Under the pieces are notes generated by a model that saw only the letters and a program-made list of their open reading frames with translations, ran no database searches and was not told the DNA's origin. From assembly GCA_002633005.1 (NCBI GenBank), contig NMRA01000086.1, forward strand, positions 777,390-841,389: 64,000 bases of DNA, given 5' to 3'. A program made the translations under genes and the position numbers. Positions within the stretch are counted from its first letter, which is position 1, and every line of letters begins with the position of its first letter. This document shows positions 13,901 through 26,800 of this stretch, in pieces. This DNA comes from Phoronis australis (lineage: Eukaryota; Animalia; Phoronida).

Positions 13901-16900
13901 AGGCGAAAGCAGGACGAAAATGACGTCCAATTTTCCGTTCAGCTTAGAGGTTAGCAGACAATCAGAAAACATTGGTCGGGCCCTGCCAGGCTGGTTGACT
14001 GAGCTAGTGGGTAAACTCTATTTGCAACGAAACTTACATCAAAGTTCAGAACGTCTACCTACATCCCTCCCCACTTAGTTTCAACACCACATAGTTACAC
14101 ACAATAGTTACCTACCTGGCTCCTTCCTTATCAGCCGACCGCTGCATGGCTGATTAATAGGAACTTGTGTTTCAAGTGTTCACACATATGGCTATTTGCC
14201 CCACACTTGTAAGTGGAATTGGTGCACCCAAGCAGTTCAAGCACGCCAGAATGCAAACGAGTGGCCACAGTGACCTTACTTCACTGTATAAATCCATGGC
14301 ATTTTATCATTCCTGGTTATAATGTACACTTGGCACAAAGTATATTTTACATTATTAAAAGGGATACTGAACCCACCGTCATCCTTATAAATAGGCCGGC
14401 CTACTAACAGTAGTCGTAAACCAACCTTGTATGAGCTGAGTATTGTATACCAACAGTACCAACTACGACTTTCTGCCAAATTTTCTAAAATAGTGCTTTG
14501 TAAGTCGTCAAAAGAGCACCTCCAGGGCTCGATTCGATGACCTACAGGCTACAGGTCATTTAATGTGACCTCAGATTCTGTTTGGTGACCTGGTAAAAGT
14601 CAAAGGACGCCACATATTCGCCACCACGCTTGCAAGCACGCACTAAAAATGCCACAGGAAGTACACAGGGTAAGCAGACGAACATCAGAATCGTTCGGTG
14701 AAAATTGAAATCGTCTGCTTCAGCTGGGAAGTGGGTGGTATATATGGGTACAAAAGGGGACATTGGTCGTCAGGAAGCACGTATGATGCACTTAATTGTC
14801 CTTTCAAGCCAAAAGAAAAAAAGAAGTAAAATAAAAATGCCAACCGGGGTGGTCGAGTTCGCTGGCTTTTCATGTCAGGTAACTTGTTTATTTTTCCGGC
14901 TATTCAATAAGGTTTGGTGACCTCATTTCCTGTTCGTTGGCCTGGGAATATTTCACATCATGTAGTCTTTCATCTATGGTCGCATTTGACGAGTTGTTAT
15001 GCTAAGCGTCGAGCCCTGTAGGCCTACCCACAAAAGTTTGGAGCCAATGGTGCAAACTCCCTACATAAGCACAAATTTTAAGATGAGTGCGTAAGTAAAT
15101 ACAGACATGTTAAACCCGATGTTTCTGTTCATTGCTTAAACAATGCATTTTGACGTGTACCTACACAGTTCGTTTTCCATTTGTGTCGCCTTGAAAATGG
15201 TTTAAGTAATAAACTGAAACGTCAGGTTTAACATGTCTGTATTTACTGACGCACTCATCTTAAAATTGGTGCTTCTGTTTTGGCCTAAAATGAATGTGAT
15301 TAATCTCCTTACATAAGTTGTCAGCGCAACATGTTAAATGTTGCTGAAAGTACGTCCAATTTTTTCACATGTAAAACAGAAGAATGAAGAAAAATGCTTG
15401 TTGAGTTTGTGGGATTGCACTTTAGACGTATGTTGGTTAATTTTCGATGTGCAATTCAATTGTGGTATATATGACACAATTCTGCACTAAATCCCTTCAG
15501 GTCATGTGTGTGGACTTCCAACCATGTACTTGTTGGTTTACCGTTTAGGCCCTACCAAACATACTTAGTGCATGGAGACGACCTACCCAAAAGCAATGTA
15601 ATAGATTCTTGAGTTGTATGGATTGAAATTAGCTGTAATGTATCTCCTACTCCTACACACCTGGAAACCAATGATTAAATGTTTGATTGATTCAAGGTAA
15701 TAACATCAAGCTCACGAGCAGGAATTATAGTGAGATCGAGAACAAGACTAATCAATGGTTTGGTGCAACACTGGCTTCCACGGGCCCCAATGGTGATGTT
15801 GTGGTAAGCCGTTTTGCATTTTTGCTTATCTACCTTCAGAGGAGTGTCTGTACTGATAAAAGTTCGTTACACTTAGGTAAACCCAAGAGAATAATCTCTG
15901 CCTTTTGGAAATGAAGTTTGGTGAAGAAATTTAAGTAGGTCTATAGCAGGGTGACTGGTGATGAGGGTGGATCGATTTTCCACTCAAGTTTTTGTGAAAA
16001 CTTCAGGAGTAGGAAGTGCTCATGATGCAATTTGAAACCAAAAGCTTTGTAATTTAAATAATTCAAACCGCAGTTTTAGTTTAAGTTCTTAGGTTAAAGT
16101 AAAATTGAAGTTTGTCTTTATGCCTGACAGATTTGGTTAAACCCATGTTCTGTTTAAGAAGGGAGTGTTTGATTTTAATCACATACCACTCTAAAGATCT
16201 AACTGATAAATTTCTTAATCATATGCGAAGTAATTTCTGGGTTTGCAAAAAATAGAAGTTGTTAGGCCCATTCCTTGAGATCATGCCTAGCTGAAAATGA
16301 CATACCACAAACTCAAGGGTTAATACCCATGCTCGGGTAATCGCCCATCCCTGACGTTTTACCAGTCTTCAGTTTAAGCATGCACTGCTTGGGTAATCGC
16401 CCACCCCCCTGTTTCAGGGTTTATCAATTAAGCATATGGAGAATTTCTCACTTACACTGGTCATCACTCAGATTCCCTCAGCCCCAGACAACTTTTATGA
16501 TGCCTATTCAGCACGCCCTTTGTATTCATGTACATCTGAGCTAATGAAGTGGAAAGGTAATAGGGAGCTCTATGGTCTCAACAATGATGGTTGTTTTTAC
16601 ACCCAAATTGCTTTTCTCTGGCATGTGCACAGTTACAGCCTGCAACTGTGGAGAGTAGTTTTAACTTGGTACATTTTAAATATTACAAAATAACTAAAAA
16701 TGTAATTTGTGTTTATCTTGACCAAGGGCCACTTCCCAAAGGAATGGTTTTAAATATTTTCATTATTTCATTTTTAATACTCCTGTGTACTTATTTTTTT
16801 CTTACCGGGATCGGATTGGTATCTTTTTATTTAATTTTTAAACTTGAAGTACCAAAACTGTGGTAGATTTTGATCGCCAGAGAAACTTAGGCATACACTA

Positions 16901-19900
16901 AATATTTCATAGCGAACAAAACATTAGTTCATGTTTGATTTTTATTAGAACTCGAATATGGTGATAGCCAAATTGAAGATTTAGAATCTCTGGACAATTT
17001 CGATTGCACTGACTATATAACTATTCTAGCTTTTTGTAAATTATAAAAAATGAAGAGTGTGCACAAGTTGAAAACAACTGTTTCCTAGTGAAAAGTCTGG
17101 TTAAACGAGATTGAAAGAATATTGAAAGAATAATCCAGTTGTGATATTGTTAACTCTGATCTGCGTTTGTAAATCCACCAAATGTATCGGGATGAACGGT
17201 TGTTTATCTTCAACCGTATCCAATGGTTGTAGTTTTTAGCCTATTAGTTCATTGATTTTTGAAAATCGACAATCTTATTTGGTTGTTTTTCCCAGCTGAA
17301 TACCACCGTGACGTTTGCTTTTAACGAAAATCACTGGTTAATGCATTTTGAAAATTGGACAATGCGGTCATCACAACTGTATCCGTCTCCGGAGCCGCGC
17401 TCTCTGATTCTGGTACAAGCCACTCAGGAGGACGAGCGCTGAAAATTCCCCCATATCTTTAGAAATGCGTGACATCCCTGTAAATGCAAGCGTGTTATTC
17501 AGGGCATATGCTCACAGGGCATTAACCCGCAAGTTTACGGTACAACAAGCCAACTTAGGCTAGCCTGAAGCGCAAAGGAACTCCAGTTCTTCAAATGCCG
17601 TGAAATCCACCTACAATCTGACTATAGGAACAATTTTAGACCAATGGTCGAAATCAGACGTATGTTTTTTCGTGATAGAAGACATGCCTGTGTTCATATA
17701 GCCATTGAATAATGTCATCAAAAATGTTGAGTGATTAATGATGCCATGATGTTCACAGTTGGCTCTTTTATGCAGGCCTGTGCTCCCCGATACATTTACT
17801 TCTCCAACGCGATCAACAAGCGCGAACCAATTGGACAGTGTTTTCAGGTCAACGCCAGATTTGAAAGCCCGAAAGGATTGTCACCGTGCCGAGAGGGTAA
17901 GACCCTTCTTTCATTTGGTTGCCTAGTAAATGAATGGGGATCTCGAAATTAACTAGGTGTTGCTAGTGGAGCAAGGAGTAGAAGTGCCTGCACTCCGGCA
18001 ATAACATTTCGGGTCCTAGCTGTTGCAGGAACGTCCCCTTGTTGTTGAACTACTGGCTCTCTGCTCTCAATCTGTTCACCTGGGGAATATCAAAACAATC
18101 GTTACCAGTTGGTGGAACATATAACGAGCTACAAATTTGTTCAAGTTTATTGGTGAACATTACCCTTTTGAAAGTGTTTTGGTCAGTTTGGCACGAAGCA
18201 TTTTGAATCTTAAAGTCAAGTTAATACAAAAGAAGGATTATCCAAACCATAAGTGTGGCACTGTGAGCGTGCGCGAGTTTCGAAAATTTCAGCCGGTCGT
18301 TGTTGTTTGTGTTTTCTGGCTTTTCGATTCTGATGATTGTGCTCAACGACAGACGCCTGCCGATTGTCAGTCCCAACTGCACGCAATGATTTGCCATTTC
18401 AGTTGGGCAATGATGCCAGAAAATGTATTAAAATTATCAGCAATTCAACCGATCACACACACAATGTTAGCATGAAATGGCACATTTGTTGTTTGAAGAA
18501 ATGTTTAATTTTGTTATTTTAAAAACCTACTTAACGGCTCAAAATACCTTTCAAGTTTAGGGAAAATGCCTTCAGAAACTGCAACATTTCCGTTAAAGCC
18601 ACAAAACACCTGCTTGCTGTAATAATTCACTTTTGAATTGGACATTAATTTTGACTTTGCTTTTCACAAGAAATGATTGTGTGATTAAGGATACATTAGT
18701 GCTGAGAACGAAGGGAACATACTTACACAGGGTTGTGAATGTTTTTTGGCTTTAAGAGACAGAAATGGTTACCGTTAACAGCTGCATGAAGACCTGCTTA
18801 TTGAACAGTACAGCACGCATGGTTTATCGACACAGCTCGGGTCTTTAAACTTGCCCACTTGTAACAACTTAGTAAATACAATCACCAACACTGCAGGCTA
18901 TATTGATGAAAACACTTAATTCAAAAAGCTGTCATAATAAACAACCTTTGGTCAACTGTCATTTGTATGCTCTGCATCTGCATTGTTTGCGCGAATGAAG
19001 GCGGGAAGGAAATTGTTCCTTATTGCAGCATATGGATTTCTAACATAAATTGTTCAATTTTACTGAGAATTCCAGTCTATTCGAAGCGTTTGAGATGAAA
19101 TCCCTTATCTTGCAAATTTCATGAGAGCTTTTAACTGGTATAATTTCAACTTGTTACACGCTCACATATAAATGCGCGAGTGTGTGGTCCCATCATTCAG
19201 GTCTGGAATTGTGTCCTGGTCTATGTGTGGCGTCCGTGGCTATTTCCCATAACCCTTTTATCATCATGAAATTTAGCAGAATCCTGTCAGCTGCTGACAT
19301 CAGTTTCCGAACAGATCTCATCTTCGCTGCTGCTCCAACTCTTAAGTCAGAGCTATAGCTAACCAGATTCCATCAGATGAAATTTTACGCAGTTTGGAAA
19401 TTTGCTCTTTAAAAGGAGAGAATGACACACGCCCATGTTTGGATAGATCAAAGCTGTAGGTTTTTCCATGCGGCAGCCGGCCTATCCATCTGCTAAACCC
19501 CTGGGAAGAATCACCATGAAGTTCATAAGACGGGTTCCCATTGAGAAAACAGTGGGACTAATGTTGATATTGATGGATCCGACTTCTTCAATGCTCCGTG
19601 TTGGTTAATTAACTTTTCTTTTTATCTATAGTGCCATCCACACACAGACTTACCCTCCTTGAACGAGTTGTCAGTAGGTTTGAGGGCTGTCTGGATGCTA
19701 TTTAAACTAGTGCAACTTGTCCCACTTGCGATAACTTACTCCATCGAGGTAGGGTAACTATTTCTGGGTAACTTGCGCCACTTGCTGTGTGGCCTCAAAC
19801 CAAGGGAAAGGCGGAAGTAATTATCAGCTGCCTATTAGCGTAGCTGGCCGTTGTCATGAACAGAGCGACAACTTCCCCCTTACCCTAATCATCGGATATA

Positions 19901-22900
19901 TGTGTGTGTGTGTGTGGATGCCCCACTTAAAAGTTGGGTAAGTTGCACTAGTACAAGTTGCTCTAGGGTAGGCTGTGTGTGGATGGGACTTACCTCAATA
20001 TCTTCATGAACTTGGGCACCTAAGTTCCCATCAAGAACTTGTTGGCACACTTAAGTCTGAGTAATGGACAATGGTTCCTCTTATGTCACTTATATTTATT
20101 TGTGAATCAGCCTCTCCATTTATCACATTCTCGGAGGATCTTTATGAAAATTAACATCATTGCTTATATTTGGGTCCTCTAACTTTCGTATGAATCCTTC
20201 TCTAATTGCCTCCGTATGTGGCCATTTCAGGCACCAACGTCTTTTTGCGCTAAGTCACTTGATTGATTTGTGAATTTTATGACCAGATACGATTAAAAAA
20301 GGATAGTACTTGCTTGTTTTTGTAAGAATCCTGTTAGTGCTGGGCTCCTATTGATGTATCTTTTTTGATATTTGCCTTGTTAGCTGCCAAAACACTTTAA
20401 TATTGGTTGCGAAATTAAGCATGGGTGGCAGATGGAAAGGTTTGGTTCTGCACCCCTGAGTTGCACCCTCTGGTGAAAACGTTTGAAATGACGATACCCT
20501 TGTAGCTTTACTTTATGGCGATGAAGGGAGTTGTTGCACATCGATGCTTCACGCTGTTCTTTTTGATTGTGTCTTTCATCTTTTGTTTTTCATTTGTTGG
20601 TTTTCAACTCTGTACTGAGCCTGGTTAAGCATATGTCCTGTTGTGGTGTATAAATGTCTGTGATATGAAGCCTTCTCACCGAGGATGGATTTGGTGTGAT
20701 TTCCTACAGGAGTCGATCGACCGGGTGCTTGGCCGGATGAAATCTATAATTCTAATAGATGTCAGTGTGGCATTAGTCTGAATTTACTGGCACATAATGT
20801 AAGTTCCTGCCAGATGCAATTTAGGCTTTTCGATTGTATCGCTTTCCTTCTAATTTATTTTCTCTGAGGGCCCAATTTCCCTGGCTTGATTGGGATGTGT
20901 TTATCTTACAAGTATGGCGGATTTGTCTGAGGATTTCCAGGTTCAACCCTTAGAACTCAATCATATTCAGTGTTGACAAAAACCTTAGCCTTGATACTTT
21001 AGCCTCAGCTAATCATTTGGGAAATTGGGCCCTTTAGTCTTGATTGACAAGTCAGCCTCCTTTACTGTCTTTCTGTCTCTGGTATTTCTGGTTGAGGCTG
21101 TGTCACTGAAACAACTCTCTCAGTTTTTTGATGGTGAATTTCCCGATCTTACGTTTGGAAAGTGCATATGCAGGGGTACATGGGTTGCATTTTTGGCATG
21201 GTGTCTGTCAAAACTGCCCTATCAAAGACCGTTCACTGTAAATTTTTGTACCTTGCCATATTTTTGTTGTTGGAGGCCTATGTTCCTTGAGTGGCTAGAG
21301 CTCAAAGTCGTAAAATATTCATTGCTCTTTTTTGAGAATTTGACAGTGTGTTTTCTCTCGGACAAATTTACAATCGTTGAGGTCTTTCTTTTTGAACCAG
21401 CTATTTGTGCTTGAGTTGGGAAATTCAGTGTGCCCATCAAAGAAATTCTTTTGACAGAAGACAATTTCTTGATCACTGTCAACTGTCTGAGACTATCAGG
21501 TGCAGCCATCTTCGCTTGGCTTTCTTTAAAGAACTTTTTCTGGGTGAATATCTTATTCTCATTCTCTAAACTCAGTTTATTTAGTTTTGGTTCAGTAAGC
21601 ATTAGTTATTGTGGTCGATCAATTTTGTTTTATTATGAGTTAAGGATGCTTTCATGTGTGTAGTTTTAATCCCATTAGCGTTAGAAACGTGTCTGATCCC
21701 TTTTTCTAGACTTAGCTCTGCATTGCCAGTGGACACTGACATGTAAAACCCGTGATGCCTGGTTTGATTATTGACACTGGCTAATGTCCAGAACATCCCC
21801 TTAGGTATGTGTGCTAGTGAATTGTTGATACAGTGGGGAAGGATTGTATTTCAACATTCTTTTGTTTTGCCTGGATTGTACCTGTGTTGTAGTAGCTGCT
21901 TTGTGTTTTAGCACTGTAGTCATCAGAAGAGTCTGCAATGTACAGTTCAGTTTTGATCAAGTCATGTTTTGTCTGTTTCAGCTGTTCTTGAAATGGAAAT
22001 ATTGTATTTTCTCTAATTAGTGCCATGCTGTCATAAAGAGTTTGTTCTTTTGTGGCCGCTCGTGCAAATATGATGATACTGTTAAGAGTGAGCTAAATTT
22101 TTACAATTTCTGTAACGTTTCTTGCTTTAAGAAGATCCCAAGGTATCAGGAAAAGACTAACATCACGGTATTCATAAGAGTTGTAAAGAAGTTTCAACCC
22201 TTTTTTGTAGACTTTTGCCATACAAAGGGATTAACTCCCCTGTCATTCTCTATGCTGACCAGTCTAAGAAAGCTGTATCAAATTTGTTAGAAAATGGTTT
22301 TGGGCACCTATTAGAACACTGTAGTTACAAAGAATTGGGCACTCAGCTGTGCTATATCTCTGGAGGTGTTATTTTGATATGATAGTTCCTCTGTCCATCC
22401 CACTGGTGCTAACCATTCTTGACCTGCATGTCTGTTTTCAGACTCTTCCAACACTCTGTTTAAACTACATGTTTTGTTCAGTAGCCATTGAGAAGTATTG
22501 TGAGCTGCTTGATGTGTCTTATGTGACAAAAACAGTTTGTGATATGTAGCTAATATGGAGCCCCTATAGCCATTTGGTGGTTCAGGGTTTCTACAGCACT
22601 GAGCATGGCCCCTCTGAATCATGTTTAACTTAATGTTGTTTTTGTTATAGTCTGTGTAAAGTTGCCAGTGTTTTTTCCTGATGTCCCCTTGCATGTAGAA
22701 TTTCTTGTTATGTGGCTTTGTCTTCATTCCTGCCTGCTGTTGCAGGATATTCCAGAGTGCTGACAGCTGACCAGTCACTTTTGGGGTTATTGATTTGTTT
22801 TGAATTTGGCAAGTTGTATCTAACTTGTGTACTGTTTCTATTGCATGACAGCGGTTGACCAATCACAGATAAAGGATCAATTTCACCGTCAGGGGTTTTG

Positions 22901-23766
22901 CTCAATTGGAATGTCACTGGCATTGAACAATATGATCGTAAGTTTTGACTTTTGAATGTCAACAAGTAGAGTCTTCAAACAGCATAGATCTATTCATGCT
23001 GCGATGATGGCCTAATTTTTGTCTGCCCCGAAGAGTCGGTGCATGAAGTGCATCTTGTCAGACTTTACTGGTCCTCCTGCTAAGCTGCGATCTCATTGGG
23101 TGTTCATGCTGACCAATGAGGTTGCAGTTTACGATATGTCTTGTGGACTGTCTCGGAGCAGACAACAGTTACGCCTCATAGTTCTTGTGTAGTATTCCAA
23201 CTGCCAGTGCACCAAACAGCTCAATTCTGTTAGTCAGTTCCTTGGCCTCTCACCGCTGTCTATAGATAGAACCTGTTCCTTCCTATGTTTAGGAAGTCAG
23301 GTCTTGATGATGATGATTTGCACCTAGGAACAACCTATGCATGCAATTTTCGTAGTGGTTTGATATGATCACCGTAGTGTTGCTTGGGAATGTCTGGCTA
23401 ACACACCATTGTTTGTCAACATGAAGTCTGCTGCATGGGTGTACTAATTTGTCAGTAACATGAAACTGTTCTCATCAGAGAGAGACTCACTTGAGTAACA
23501 CCACTCTGACACTACATGAACTTGTGTTTTAACAATGTTCCCATTTTTAACTAAGGATACTGTTGTATTCACTGTGGTGAAAACTAATATGGTTGTCTTT
23601 ATCCTGTAACGTACTAATGTGGCAGTCAAGTTTTTTTGCATTAATAAACGTGGTCTTAGTAGAATAAACTTGTTCTAACTGTTGGTGAATAAAGATAGTT
23701 CGGATACTAAAAGTTCTTTAACTTGAAATCTAGTACAGTAACAATAGAATTTTCACTATTTAATAT

Positions 23767-23801
<35 letters not shown>

Positions 23802-26800
23802 GTACATGTATATTTATATGTACTAATTATATGCATATGTATATGTATATAATGTATATTTATATGTATAACTATATGTATATATAAATGTATATATGCT
23901 GTACGGTAAAGTCGCGTGATTTTCGGACGGCCCGCCATTTTCGACCAAGAATAAATATTTCCGAAATGAGTTTTTCATGGTCCACGAAATTCGTACAAGG
24001 TCCAAAAACTGTTTTTCAATGATCCTTGAATTTCGGACAATGTCATAAACGTCGGATTTTTGTCNTATCTATACCATTGCCTTGTTTAGTTGGTTTTATG
24101 TGGATTGTAGTTTATGTAGAATTCGCTTGTCCGCATCAATCTTGGGTACTAATTGAGTGACAGTACTTGGTCACTAAAGGGCCTTTCATACTAACGTCGA
24201 TGGTTTGGGGAGTTGCGGTCAGTATGAACGCTTAACTCCGGTCCTGGGTCGCAATTAATAGCTCCAGTTAACAACGCAGTTAACAGGTGGATTTAAGACC
24301 GCAGCGTCGATGCTGCAGTGCAGTATGAGCGCTAAACTCCGGTCCAATCGAAGTTATTGCCTGGTGCCACTGTTATCGTCAATAGTTACAGAGTAGTGCC
24401 GTCACTAATAACTACTTATTTTTTGCTCTAATGATAACCAATCGATTTAAAAATGAGTTTAATGTCATTCAGCACATTTAAATGTTCCCAAATTGTCACA
24501 TTGAAAAAAATCTTAGAGTGCAGCGCTACCTTGCGATAACTTTGATGACGTCAGCGTCACCAACCCTTTACTTCGATGGGCATTAACTACCGAAGCCAGT
24601 ATGAACGGTCCAGTTAACTGCGCTCTTTACGTCGACGCTCCGTAATTTATGACAAAGGATTTATATATGAATTAAAATAACCCATTTCTATGAATTCATA
24701 CAAATGGTAAATCATGTAAATGGTTGATAAGTCATATTAAAGGTTAATTTGATAAAAGTTTTTAAGCAAGGTCCATGCATTGTGATAATTCAGGGTCCTT
24801 GATGCCTCAATTTTGTGGCCGAATTTCGGCCTTATTCCCCTACTATGAGAAATATTTAAAATCTACCTCACCAGGCCCAAATTATTCCCTCCAATGGGAG
24901 GAGAGGGTTGGGAGATTATTTTACCCTCAACTATAAGAAATTTCCCTAAAAAGGCAGTGGCACCTTTCCCTCAATTTCTACGATTTTTTTATCAGTGAGC
25001 ATGATTGATGAATGACGATCGTTCACCACCAATTTGAGCATCAGCCTGATATAAAGTCACATCAACTAAAGTTGGATGTTGAAACTTAACACCCCATGTC
25101 TGTTCATTGATCTGTAAGAATGCCATGTGACAACCATGTGACCAGGGACAAGGCCCCTATAACTTCCTTTATACCCTAACTTTCTGTCTTGACCGCTCAA
25201 GAGCTCTAACAGTTTAGACCAATAGTTCATAACTATCATTTACTGTGCAAGCCTACACCACCCGGTATTGCCATTCTCACATCAAACACTTAAAAACCTG
25301 TGTATAGAGTAGTTCTTTTTCCTGAGTTTGGTAACTGGAATGTCTTGTGAGCCCAGCTCATCTGGCCTGTTGTTGTCTTGGTTATTTTCTGATCTGGTGA
25401 GAGATAGGTGCTTGAACAAGTCATCAGTGTAACAATGCACCAGGAGGGCTGACAACTGCTCTCTTCTCCATGCTTTGGAAATTCAAAAACAAACTGATGT
25501 TTTCCAGTTAGTTGTGGTTGGTTCACAATACTCATGTCAATAGTGTGAGTGCTTTGTGTCAACTGTGCCTTGGACACAGGATAGGCTACCTCAATCAAAA
25601 TTTCACTGAAGTCTTTGCAAGATCACTCATACAAGTGCTCTATTGTGGGGTAGTGTTCACAAGTCAAGAAGTTTCTGCGTGTTTTTGCTTAGGCAGGCTA
25701 CTGAGCGTTGCAGGTTGCCATGAGTTTGTTGAGGCTAACTCAGAGCGATGTTGGTTGAGACATGTCAATATTGGAGCAACAGTTGCAATGCGCCTTGTTT
25801 CTCTTTTTATGAAGTTTACTTAATTTTGTTGTTAACGTAATGATTAAGTACAATTTTCTGGGACAGATTAATTCTACAGTCGGCAGTGTCCAAAATTGTC
25901 AGGGGAGTGTCGACACAAACAATCAGTGGTTGAGTGCGAGCTCCGAAAACCGTGTTCTCGTTCCCTAATGATATGTAGCACCTAATGGCAAGTCTCGCTT
26001 ATAACTTAAGTTCTCGCCTTATAACCCACTTTTTCAGTTTTTGGTAGAAGTGTCTTATGGGCAGAATTGTACAACAAAAATAATGACTGTCAGTTTATGT
26101 GACCACGTGGATTTCGTTATGAGTTTTCACCATTGACTGTGCTTTTTATTGTTTTGCCTGTTATATTGGTTGGTGGTAGTGAAAAATGTGAAATAGGTAA
26201 ACAATTTTCGTCAAGTCTTGTGGAGTTTTTACTGTGCAGCTTTTGTTTTACCCAGTCTATTGATTGACTTGGTTTAGTCTAGATCTGCTTTATGTACATT
26301 TAGTTTCAACAACAGACTTGTATTTTCCTGTCCAGCAAACCCCCACACTGTGTTAATGGTGCCCCTGTTACCTGTTTGGGGATTTCTTGTTGCCTTGGTT
26401 TCTCTACGGTGACTGGGGGGGAGGAAGGGGGTTATCATGGTGATACCTTTGCTTTGGGGACTGTTAAGTGACTGATGTAGTTCATAAAATTCATCATGTT
26501 CACAGCTAGCTGCAGACATGCTCATTTTCATTATTGTCCAAGGATTTTCAGTTTGTTCTCTGTGCACATGGATACCCAGCAAAATCACTCTTGACAGGAT
26601 TAAATGCCAATCAGAGTCCATTACCTTGCATTTTCAGAGTTCGATAATCGGAAGCAGAATTGGGGTTATCACCGCCAAGGCTTCTGTCAAGCTGGCTCAA
26701 GTATCTCGCTTGACTATGTAATTTGTATTTTCTCTTTGTATATGTTGTGTAGTTCCGTCTATTTGGTCCTATACTAACTGTGGTGCCAACTACCTATGGT

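Noticed and set aside
14214-14321. IGAPKQ motif as the missing integrin exon
   Set aside because: Weak acceptor, no GAVYxC or cysteine pattern, runs into a stop
15501-15597. Candidate for the missing integrin exon (…HVLVGLPF…)
   Set aside because: Lacks GAP and GAVYxC, and the only nearby donor gives phase 0 rather than the required phase 1
23756-24005. YIHI/YTY-rich ORFs
   Set aside because: Translations of the TA microsatellite
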